Origin: Trichodelitschia bisporula
Lineage: Eukaryota
Length of the DNA: 64,000 nucleotides
Reading direction: 5' to 3'
NCBI GenBank assembly: GCA_010356995.1
Contig: ML996690.1
Location: forward strand, 433,322 to 497,321
This document shows positions 11,171 through 23,262 of this stretch, in pieces. How positions within the stretch are numbered: the first letter of the stretch is position 1; each line of letters starts with the position of its first letter. The position numbers and the translations under genes were made by a program. Under the pieces are notes generated by a model. The model saw nothing but the letters and a program-made list of their open reading frames with translations, did not search any database and was not told the origin of the DNA.

Positions 11171-11937
11171 TTTTGCCTTTTTGCATCATGGAAAGGTGTT
11201 GGCGGGGATTCGAGGGACCAGTGGCAGTTGTGATGGAGATGTGGACGGGTAGGCGGAAACAAGGGCGGGAGGGGCTGGAGACCTTCATATCCCCTTCAAG
11301 ACTTCATCTTCTTCAAGAGACTGACCTATTCACCGAGTCCCTATCGACACATGGCAGACAATTTTTCTTTTCGACTCCCGAGGCGAAGCGTTGCTCCCGT
11401 CAGCTCTGGCACAGCATTTACTGTAGGCAATGGCAAGCCGCGCACGCGAGCAAGGCTGGGAAATCGAGGCATGGCCTCGAGGGCCTGTTAAGGATTAGAG
11501 ACAACAGCGAACAGGCGTAGAAGAAGACTATTCCATGCGTAACATCAAAGAATCAGTGGACAGATCTTCTACATCCGTATTCTGTATGCACAGCAATACC
11601 ACCCCACTCTCTGTTGTCGGAAGTCGTGAGGTCGATGACGTCGGTCTCGAGGCGCGGCGCGGCACACGCGCGTCGACGCGCACCGCGACGTGGTAAAGAG
11701 CTTGCGCGCCCCGTCCGTGCACACAACACCAACGACTGCACCCCGACCACCACTCCAACTTCATCTCAATCCTCTCATCAACTCCCACGCTCGCATCTCC
11801 ACCGCCCACTGACACAATAAACGCCGTTCTCCATCTGTGCTCACTACAACTACAAGCACCCATCAATACCCACCTCAGCAACCTCATCCCAATCCTCTCG
11901 TCAATTCCCACATTCTCACCTCTCACCACCCACCACA

Positions 11938-12560
11938 ATGACCCTCAAACGCAAGCGTTCAACCACAACCCCTACCCCCTTCTCCCCAGCCTCGCGCTTC
12001 AGCTGCAGCTCAACCTCTACCTCCACCTCCCCAGGCCTAGCCCCCTCCCCACAACACACCCTATCCTCCGCCCTACATTCGCGCACACACAAGCGCGTCC
12101 GCAACCGTCCCGCCGAGCAAACCATCCACGGTATGCCCTGCCCAATACTCCTTCCGTAACTCATCTAATCCCCTATCTAGAACATACGCTGAACAAGCTC
12201 TTCGCCGCCGCTCGCAATTCATCCTCACCTGGCCCTAGCTCCCTCGCGTCCACCGCCCGCCCCACCCCCTCCAAGCAGCAGGCCACGCTGCACGCATTCT
12301 GGAATCTGCCCTGCGCTGCGCCCGAGGTGCCTCAAGCCAAAGCCAGTACCGCGAGCGAGTCTGATGACGGGATGGAGATGGATGGGGCCGACATGCAGGT
12401 GCGGGGGGGCGAGTTTCAGTGCAGGGTGTGCGGTGGGATTATGTTTGGGTTTTTTGAGGAAGATGGAGTGGAGTGTGTGCGGTGCGATCAGCCGGTTTGT
12501 GATTGGGATTTTGTGGAGGGAGAGGGCGGGGAGAGGATGTGTCGGTGGTGTGCGTTTTGA
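11938..12560 (+). CDS. Small (190 aa) nuclear protein with PIP box and C-terminal Cys-rich zinc finger; SIVA1-like layout
   Basis: Exons 11938..12130 and 12181..12560 (intron GTATGC...CTAAT...TAG). MTLKRKRS (NLS-like), SRTHKRVRNRPAEQTIHEHTLNKLFAAA, QATLHAFW, and CxxC-x14-CxxC-x4-CxxD-x10-CxxC. Confidence 0.8.
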
Positions 12561-12949
12561 GAGGGATTGAAGGGTGAAGTGTGTGGATGCTTGCGTTGAG
12601 CGTTGGTTTGTAGGTTAGCAATAGGAACTCAATCATTCGTGTGATTGTTGGGCTGCTTTTGTGTTACCGTCGCAAGTTCAGTCAATAGTCGCGGCATATC
12701 TGCCCAGACTTGCCTGTACCGTCTCAATGCTCAGTATCATCACCCTCATCCTCTCCCGGAGGCGCACCTGGCCTTGGAAGAACACCGTTTCTGAAACAGT
12801 GAAGGTCGGCTGAGGAGTAACTACCTATGGGACGGGTGCAAGCTCTTGAGGAGACCTCGCGTCACCTCTCTCGTCTGAAGGAAGCTGAGCCAGAGGGGGA
12901 TACTTTCAGCCTGGGTGCCTCTGGTGTAGGCATGGAAGGAGCTTAGTTA

Positions 12950-13127
12950 TGTGAGGAAGGGGCGTATGATGTAATGCGAGCATGATAGAGGAAGGAGCAA
13001 AGGGGGATGCTTGGCATCATGTATGTAAGTCTCGAGAGTCTCTTCCTCACTTCGTCTTCTACTTCAAACTTCAGTTTACACAGTTGCCTTTGCCTGTATA
13101 TTGAGCTTTGCTCCCATCAGCCTCATG
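12950..13127 (+). repeat. Dispersed repeat copy A, solo-LTR-like
   Basis: Colinear with 51814..52026: shared TGT(G/C)AGGAAGG start, GCATGATAG..GGAAGGAGCA, GAGTCTCTTCCTC, TACTTCAAACTTCAGTT..ACAGTTGCCTT. Ends ...CAGCCTCA. Confidence 0.7.
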
Positions 13128-13759
13128 GGGTCATCAGGTTTGGCAGCCTTGCTCATTTGGCTCGGGCACGCCGAGCTTCTCATTGAGCCCGCCTTTGAAG
13201 GTTCGTTTTTTTGTCGAATAGCCCATCATCTTCTGCTGTGAAGTGATAGGTGAGATGCCACGGATGGTAACCACACAGAAGCCAAGAACTGCACGGCTGC
13301 ATGGAACATGGATGCACGGACACCCTTCTGGAACTTCATTTTTGCCAAGCCATGTGAATCGCTCTAAAGGTCTATTTCTTCGCCGCCTTGCTGACCAACT
13401 CCTTATTTCTCCATCTGCAACTTAACCCTTCTTCTCCTTTTCCAACCTCACATCAAGTCCTCAAAGATCCATCAACATTTTTTCCCTGGTCAACTACTCA
13501 GCTCTCTCACCTGCTCTTTTGAAGAGGAGGAAGTAACGCAGGGCTGAACAGGGGGTACCCTGGTTGAACGGTGGACAGTGCGCTCGGCAGCACCCGCCCG
13601 ATCCTTGCTCCACAACTGCTGAGAGATGGTCTTGGGGCTAGATAAAGAGTGCACGTGCGTTATCTTACGAGCGTATTATCAAGCACGTAATCCACACACT
13701 GTATATATACTAAGTCAGAGTCAGAATATATACACCAGAGTTCACTTCACTGCTTCACC

Positions 13760-15371
13760 CCTCATCAACAACCCAGCGCGTCGCCGCGTGTGAACCTTCG
13801 ACTTCGGATCCTCGAGCCGATCAATTTTGTGTGTACAACATGCCAAGCGATGCGGGAACAGGCGACGCTGGGGATACAGAGACTCGAGTCGCCGCATTTG
13901 TCGTCGAATACAAAGCTCCTCATAAGTTGAAACTCGAGTACGTTTATCATGGTCTTGAAGGAAACGACGTCATGGATCTGGATAAGATCATCTGCCGCCC
14001 GCACGTGGAAAACACTCAGGATACTTACAGACGCCTCATTGCCGCAGTAATCACCCAAGTCTTCTCCTACATGGTTACCGCTGGGCTAGAATATGGTTAC
14101 GTCACCACCGGTGAAGCTTTCATCTTTCTTCGGGTACCAGAAGAAGACACACGCATCGTCCAATATCACCTTTCTGTTCCGAAAGACGAGGTGGGCAGCA
14201 AAACTGGATGGCGTCCTAACGGCTCAGAGAACCACCGACTTGATCTTACCGCCGTGGCCAAGCACTCGCTTTACCCTTCAGGCACTTCCTACAGTGCCGC
14301 GCAGCCATGACTGGAGAAATACCTGGATGGATCAACTGAGTACTTGGGAGGTGGTTTACGAAGAGCTTGTGGAAGAGCTTCAGAAAACCCGTGCCAACGC
14401 CGCCATCCTCGCCCTATATATGCCGAAGTCGTATCCTTTCCACTCGCAAATCGCCCATTACCACTCGGTCCCGAACAGCTAGGCAGGCGTCATCGTGTCG
14501 CCCATTGGATGTGAATAAATCTGACGAGGATAGCCCTGACCCAGACTCTCCAACTCGCCAGCGTCAAGGTTTGAAACGTCCGGCTTCCTACCAAGCTACC
14601 CGACAGAGCCGCACACAATCCAGCAGCAACATGGAGGGGAATAGCAGCAGTAGAAACAACAATCCTCAGAAGGATGTAGCTTGGCAATCCTTCACTCAGA
14701 AATGTCTCCGCGGTCTAAAAGATGGAGGCCCTCTTGACATGACATGCCCCAATGCGGAGAAGCACGGCAGCAGTCGTCATCAGATCAGCTAACGCCGTTT
14801 CCTCACTTTGATGCGAAAGCAGCTTACCGAAGACTTGGATATCAACTTTAAGCCATTAGGCTTACCTGGATCCCGCGGTGTCCCTTTCAATGTCAGGCTG
14901 GCATCTCACGGGTACACGTTAGCTGCAAAGTGCACTACTGCAAACATCGTTGCTTACGTGAAGCACGAGGCGACTGTCTACAACCGGCTCAAACCCATCC
15001 AAGGACTTTATGTTCCTGTTCATCTCGACAACATCGATATCCCTCGTCGTTACTGCTATAAAGGCATTGTGGACCTCGTTCATGTCATGTTCCTCAGTTT
15101 TGGGGGGTCTGTCATTTTTCGGCACATAACCCCCGAAAACTGGGAGCGCCTAACCGAGCAAGTTGAGAGTGCTCTGCAAATTATTCATGAGTTGAGTGTG
15201 CTGCATCAGGATGCCGAACCCCGCAGCATCCCCGGGGACGCGACGAGTGAGCACGCAATGGTTATAGACTTCGAGCGTGCCACGGTGGCACCACGGGTTG
15301 AACGGGACCGTGCCTCCAATTGGGAAATGGCACGGGCGACGAACGACTTGCGGAGGCTGGTGCGTGTGTGA
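13760..15371 (+). pseudogene. Spok-like (spore-killer family) nuclease-Cys cluster-kinase pseudogene
   Basis: Nuclease-like RADQFCVY...VVEYKAPHKL...AAVITQVFSYMVTAGLEYGYVTTGEAFIFL; Cys/His cluster TQKCLRGL..GGPLDMTCPNAEKH; kinase-like HGYTLAAK, HEATVYNRLKPIQG, LHQDAEPRS, VIDFERA. Frameshifts near 14260-14272 and 14385-14390; in-frame TAA at 14790-14792. Confidence 0.8.
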
Positions 15372-15874
15372 GGGCATCCTCAGCAGTTCCGGAGTGGGAG
15401 TGCTGTTCTCGTTTCTGTTGTCTTTTCTTGTGGGAATCCTCGCAGTCATTACATTGTCCTCGTTTTCCTTCATCTTTCATGGCGGTCGACGAGCCAGAAG
15501 GTGGAATTTTAGCGAGGCTAGATAGGACTACAAGTTTGAACTGAAAAGTCTATGTATGCAATGCCACGATAATCTTTGACTCAAGTGACTATATTGACCA
15601 TCTACACCCCCTCTACCCTTTTTCCGAATCTCATAACGGCTCCTCTGACGCTGCGCCGGGTAGAGGCGACGTTGGCGACAAGGCGGAGCCCTGGCCGCGT
15701 CACTTCAACCCCGCCATTACCCCGCCAAAGCCAACGACACTTGCACCAAACGAAGCTCCTCCACACCCTCGTAGATTCACCAACCCCTCCCTCCTTTCTC
15801 CAGTTCAAGCCCTCTCAGACTTCCTTCCAGCACATCAGGTCATCGCTCACTCTCCCACCAAATCCCCGCCCACC

Positions 15875-17020
15875 ATGACCACCCGACAAGCCACTCACGC
15901 CGGCTCATGGTACACCGGCGACGGCCCAACGCTCTCGCGCGAACTAGACGAGTGGCTCGCCGCCGTACCGGCACAAACCACGCCCATCGGGGCCTCATCC
16001 GCGGCCGCGGGGCCAGTGTCGCTTCCTGCGTCGGGCGCGCGCGCTATCATCGCTCCGTAGGCAGCACCCTCTGCTTCCGCACAGCCGCTCACTCTGCGCG
16101 CAGGCACGCCGGGTACTCGTACTCCGGGCCCGCGGCGGCGTGGGCATATAAGGCGATTGATTGGAGCGTGGCGTGAGTGCTCCGGCTACCGGCGAGAGGA
16201 GGTACGAGGCTGACGGGCAGTGAACGCGTGTTTCTCCTCGGGCCGTCGCATCATTACTATCTGACGGGTGCGGCGCTGTCGCGGTGTGCGGAGTATGAGA
16301 CGCCTATGGGGAATCTGCGGCTGGATGCGGAGACGATTGCGGAGCTTAAGGGGACGGGTGTGTTTGAGACTATGAGTGTGGCGAAGGATGACGCGGAGCA
16401 TAGTCTTGAGATGCATTTGCCGTACATCTTTAAGATGCTCTCGCAGTAAGCCTCGCCTATTTTCTATACTTGCGATGCTAATTTACAGACACCACTCCTC
16501 GCCCGCTGACTTCCCGCCCCTCACACCTATCCTAATCGGCTCCACCTCCCCCGTTACTGAGCGCCGCCTCGGCGGTCTCCTGGCACAGTACCTTGCGAAC
16601 CCGCGCAATGTCTTCGTTGTCAGCTCCGACTTCTGTCACTGGGGCTCGCGCTTTCAGTACACGTACTACCAACCGGGGGAAGCGAAGACAGGATACGCGC
16701 TGAGCAGCAAGCACGACCCGCGGCAGCGGGGCGACCCCGCCATTCACGAGAGCATTGCGAAAGTGGACGCTGAATCCATGGATGCGATTGAGACGGGCTC
16801 ACATGCCGAGTTCCTTGACCAACTTGCCCGGACGGGGAATACGGTTTGTGGAAGACATCCGATTGGGGTGATTATGGCGGCCATCGAGGCGGGCGGGCTG
16901 CAAGGCGAAGGCAACGTGGGGAAGTTTAAGTTTGTGAGGTATGAGAGGAGTAGTCTGGTTCACCACATCCGGGACAGCAGTGTGAGTTATTGTAGTGCGT
17001 TTGCGGTTTTGCCGGCTTAG
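15875..17020 (+). CDS. MHO1: MEMO1 family protein (Mho1/AmmeMemoRadiSam protein B)
   Basis: Introns 16057..16103, 16173..16220, 16446..16488. Motifs RQATHAGSWY, IIAPHAGYSYSG, LLGPSHH, EHSLEMHLPY, VSSDFCHWG, NTVCGRHPI, DSSVSY. Confidence 0.93.
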
Positions 17021-17457
17021 GCAAGGCTGGATGCGTGGTGGGCGAGTAGTTACTTGCGTAATAGACTTTGCTTTCTTCGCTCTGTGTCTTCGCCGCATGG
17101 TTCGCGGAGAGGATGGGTTGCGAAGAGGAGAAATGGAAGAGAGGCAGAGGGTACCTTATCAAAGATACATGAGGAGCCGTGATCTTCAGCCTTGTTTGAT
17201 CAGTGTACATACTATTATTGCCGGATCGGCATATCGATGAGCGTATACACGCCATTCGCATGGTCCATGATGTGGCTGAGCTGCAAGGCTTCAAAAGGCT
17301 GCAAAACTGCTTTTGACTGCAGCACTTTTCGGGCTACACATCGAGTTCCTTCGAAACGATAAGTCTTTTAGCTAGATCGAAGCGGGGAGTATATATCAGT
17401 ATAGTTAAGCAGTAAAACCTTCGTAAGATAGCAAATGTCCTCAAAAATGGCTGCTGA

Positions 17458-18793
<1,336 letters not shown>

Positions 18794-19089
18794 ATGATGA
18801 GCCTCGATATCCTTTTGTCCGTTCGTGTAGCTGTCTGCACGACATCGGATACAAGGGTCGGTCAATTGAAGCTTGTCATTGGCCAGGGTGTTCACGACGT
18901 CATTGCATTGCGACTTGGAAGGGACGATCGTTTCAAAGCCATCGCGCCTTGCCTCGCCATTCGCGATGTTTTTGCATCTAAGATCCAGATCTGCACCTGT
19001 ACACCTTCTAGAATTTTGCACCTCTCCTTAGAACCTGACCTCACCTATACCGAACCTTCAACAAGTAACTGACACTCGATCTCGGCACC

Positions 19090-20114
19090 ATGTCCCCCGA
19101 CGATTACTACCTCAGCGTCACCGCAGGCCCGACGTACGAGAAGCAAGACCCCGTACCAGTCAACAGCCCCAAAGCTGTGCACATCTCGACCCCGCACTTG
19201 GACGCGCAGCTCCAAGTTCGCATCAAGGACTTCCGCGGTTCGTCAACTCCCTCCGCATCACCGTCTCAACTAACCTCCCAAGGCCAGCCACCTTGCGAAG
19301 CCAGCTCGCCATACTTCTCATACCCATCGCACACAACGCACACCTACTCTATTGCCTTCTCCTTCGTCCCGAAGAAAGACATCCCCGCGACGGACCTAGT
19401 GTTCGGAAATGACTTCGACCAGCCGATTCGCGACCGTTTGCCGCCGCTGTTCGGGAAGGCGATGAAGTTTGTCACGAGCTGGGTTGATCCCGGGATTGAG
19501 GGGGACCCGTATGCGGACCAGCCGTATCTTTATGGTCCGCTTGTGAGTAGTGTCAATGTGCTACGGATTGGGGAGAAGGGACAGAAGATCGGGGAGAGGG
19601 ACGGGGAGAAAGTGATTGAAGAGGGGGCGGATGGGGAGGAGGCGGAGAAGGTAAGGGAGGAGTTGGGAATACCAGGGGATGGGCCGGCTAGGATGAAGTT
19701 TTTCCTGGATAAGGGGCACAAGGAGAAGTTTGTGTTTGAGAAGGGGAGGAGGTATGAGTGTGACTTCTTTAATGGGTATCTGGACTTCAACCGTAGGTGT
19801 TGGGTTGGTTTTGCGGTCGGAGTTGGGGCTGACAGCTGGCAGAGTTCGCGCTGAAATTGCCGTATGGCCTTTCGTTTAGTGCGTTGTACATGTGGGATGG
19901 GCAGGCGCTGAGGTATGCTCCTTGGGAAGAGTGGAAATGTAGCTGACAGTCTAGATACGTGCTGCGGAACCGCGCAACGGGGGACTTGATCTTCTCCATC
20001 AGCTTTGCTCTTGTGCCAAAGAAGGACGTGGAGGGCCAGAACGAGCCGGGCAAGGAAGCCGAGCCGAGCAAGGGAGAGAAGCCGGGCGAGGAAGACGACA
20101 TGGGTGTTGATTGA
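19090..20114 (+). CDS. DUF1769-family conserved fungal protein (spliced)
   Basis: Motifs VRIKDFRG, YSIAFSF, LVFGNDFDQPIRDRLPP, DPGIEGDPYADQPYLYGPL, DFFNGYLDFN, WDGQALRYVLRNR. Three apparent introns; stop TGA 20112-20114. Confidence 0.8.
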
Positions 20115-20648
20115 GCGGGGTGAGTTTTGACTGGCCCTGGAGAGGAATGCCGATGCCTGAATATTGAAGATGGTCTCACATCCCTGATGTCTATGTGTCA
20201 GTGTCCAATTACTGAGTGTTCCGTACAGAAGAGCTTGCTCTGTGGAAGGAATCGCCTTCCGCATCGTACGAACGGTCGTTGTCGTGTGCGGACCGTGGTT
20301 AGATACCCTCAATGAGACAACTGGTCGGTATTGGCCTCTCGTGCAGTCACTGTTCCGGAGTATGGACAGCGCCAGCCTCGTGCACATCCCTAGGAATTAG
20401 TATGGTTCTTTATGCCTTACTTCCAGCTCTTTCACAATTGCACTGGAGGGGAAGAATGCAAGAAAAGCCTTCAATAGCTCTGTGTTTGTATTGAATTGGA
20501 CTGGATTTCCTTAATACTGTAAATGCTATCAAGAAGCCGCCCCATCCTATTTCGCACGATATCGAACTGGGGTATCTTGAGAACGCCGCCGGACCAGACT
20601 CCGAAGAGAAGCCTCATGGAAAGCAAACTCAAGTGATGACGCAGGCCT

Positions 20649-21092
20649 CAAGAGTTGATTAGCAACCCATACCTGACGGCAATCTCGCGGCCCGAGATCT
20701 CTCTGCCGTCCACCTCCTTGCAGGTGATCCCGTAGTCTTCTTACTTCGCCCGCAGGCGCAATCTCCAAACCCATCGACGAACCCGTTTGGCTCAGCCCGC
20801 GCCAGCCCGCAGGCGCAATCTCCAGACCTATCCATATACCCGTTTAGCCGAGCTCACGCTCACCCGCGAGCGTAGAAGGGCGCTGGTAGGTTGACTCCTA
20901 CCTGATCTCACTCTGCCCAAATCGCCGAGCCCGAAAACTGGGCGCGCCTGGGCTGAGCCCAAAAACTAAATTTGCGGGCGCGTTGACAGGTCTGATCGGA
21001 TCCTTCAGCTGAACACCTACGAGGAGCTGAACGGCAAAGATATCTCGGGCCGCGATATTGCCGTCTAGTATGGGTTTGCTAAGTACCCCTTG
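20649..21092. mobile_element. MITE-like element: about 78-bp imperfect terminal inverted repeats with an internal tandem duplication
   Basis: 20649..20726 (..TTAGCAACCCATACCTGACGGCAATCTCGCGGCCCGAGATCTCTCTGCCGTCCACCTCCTTGCAGGTG) is the reverse complement of 21014..21092 (CACCTACGAGGAGCTGAACGGCAAAGATATCTCGGGCCGCGATATTGCCGTCTAGTATGGGTTTGCTAA..). GCCCGCAGGCGCAATCTCCA..ACCCGTTT occurs twice inside, at about 20748 and 20805. Confidence 0.7.
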
Positions 21093-21767
21093 CTTGTAGG
21101 GGGTCCCGTTCTCCTTGCTCGATCCGTTTCCAGCGATGCGGAGACGCGGCATCCTAGTACTCCGGGTACTGTACACCGGTCTCCGAATGCAATAGCGGTT
21201 GCATACAAACCGCTTTTAGAGTGATAGCCTCTGTAATAGTTTGCTTAGAATGCGGGTCTATTAATTAGCCTCGATTCCTGCCCTTAATAGAGGTCCTACT
21301 AGGCGTAGAGGGGTCTCTGGTAGGAATAACGTACTTATTTATAGCTTACGATTTCCGGGCTTTTTATACGTGTTTGTAGGACCAGGTAGCGAGAAACGAG
21401 AAAGCAAGGAGGGCTAGAACAAGCAAGTAAAGTAGAATGACTCTGAGAGAAATGGGGCCCAGTAGGTCTCCGGGGAAGAACCGGAGGGCCCCCGGAGGCA
21501 GAGCTTAAAATCAACCTGAGCGGCCCGGGCCGCCCCCGTAGGCGCGAAGAGTAGGCATAAAGTTATATCCAGTTTTTGGTAGAGGTCTAGTCGCGGGGGC
21601 GGACATAACTTTTGTACCAGCCCTTTGCGCCTACCGGTCCGCACGGACCATATCGGGCGGATTAGAAGCCCTGCCCGGAGGCTCCTCACTTTAGCACTCC
21701 AACAATCGATCAATCGATTATCTAAACACACAATTTTGTTCCAGCTCTTTCCGTCCCACATTTTCCC

Positions 21768-23262
21768 ATGCCGAGAAGGGCCACCTTTACCTCCATCAGC
21801 GCTATGGTTAGGCTTCGGTAATAATGCGGGAGCCTTCTCCAGTTCTTCCTCCACGGCCCCCGATCGCCGAGTGGCCGTACCGGCGCCTCTAGAACCAGTT
21901 GCGCTAGTCTGAGCAGCGATGGTGGGGATTATCGTCCGGAGCTTGAGGAGAATGGCTTCGTGGTCACGGGCTCAAAGTGGGCCGCTCCCTCCGGCGGTTT
22001 CGAGGGGGGTTCGGCAAAGCGTGCTCGGTCGAATTCGAAGCCGAACGCCTCGGTCTCGAAAAGCGGCGGGACGAAGAAGGCGACCCTCAAGCCGAAGTTG
22101 CAGCGTAAAGGCAGGGCGCGAGCTAAGGACGATGACGACAGTTCCGATGGCGACTACGATGGTGCCGCGGGGGTCCGTCAAGGGGTTCGTGGTGGTGGGG
22201 GTCCGGATGCCGCATCGCTGACAATGTGGATGGAGATCGTCTCCTCCTGGTCTACGGGCCAAGCTGCGCCGTTGGGCGTAGCAACAGGCTTGGTGGCGAG
22301 CGCAGAAAGTCCCCCCGAGGCAGTTGCAGGCTTTGGCCGGTATGATCCTTTAGAGGACTCGACGTGTCCGTTGCATACCAGTGATGTTTAATCGGGACTT
22401 CCGCGGTTGCGACTCGAATCCATACTCTATTGGGACTTGCACGCGGTGTTCGTCGCAAAAAAATCCTGTTCACCCGTGCGTATTTAGTTGGATCTCTCTG
22501 GAGCTTTCAGACTTTTCTCAGGTGCCAGGGCCGTTCCGGAAGCTGCTGGCGGATTTCACGAACCTCCGCCAGCAGTGGCTCGGCCAGCTAGAGCCCGCCG
22601 ATTGTCCCATCGTTGCCTTTGCCTCTCATATTTCGGCAGACGAACGCGAGGACCTCCAGGAGGAACTGATGGGCCTCTTCGATGGCGCGTTTGTTCGGTG
22701 CCTGCGTGGTTGGCAGACGAATGTGGGTATCCCGGGGAAGCGTATAGGCCCACGGCCTGTCGGGACCCCCGTAGCCTTACCCGGCATGCCCTCTGGAACC
22801 CATGCGATGCACCTCATGTGTTATACCCCCCTGGTCGCAGGAGATCCAAGGGTAAACTGGCCCTTGCTGCCGTGGGACGATCTTAAGGATATCCGAGAGC
22901 GCCCAGGTGAAAAGCCGTTCCCATCGGTGGTGGAGCTGGAGGCCGAGTTCTCGATGGAGTGGCTCGGGTCTCGTCGGCCCAAGGGGCCTTCGCGTTCTGA
23001 TCTTAGGCGTGCTGAGCTTAGGCGTCGGCAGATGCCCGCCGGTGATGCCCCGGGTCCTGCAGGGCCTGTGGCGCCTGTAGGGCCTGTGGCCCCTGTCGTG
23101 CCTGCTGAGATCGATGCACTTCCTGCCGTCAGTGCACCTTTGGAGAATGCCCGGGAGGGTGGTCGGTCAGAAGGTCCCGGGTTGTGGGGCGGAGGGAGGG
23201 CCGGGTTGTGGAATGGAGGGAGGGGAGGGGGATCAGACAGTAGCCGATGGCGCCGGCGGTGA
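21768..23262 (+). pseudogene. Orphan gene or pseudogene with a frameshift-broken six-Cys (Zn2Cys6-like) motif
   Basis: Coding-like frames 21843..22391 and 22372..23262 are joined by an apparent 2-nt deficit at 22368-22371. The joined frame gives C-x2-C-x11-C-x9-C-x2-C-x9-C. The start and introns are uncertain. Confidence 0.4.

Noticed and set aside
13684..13700. ACGTAATCCAC, reminiscent of a Fot1-type TIR start
   Set aside because: No matching inverted partner was found, and it may instead be part of the degraded Spok N-terminus.
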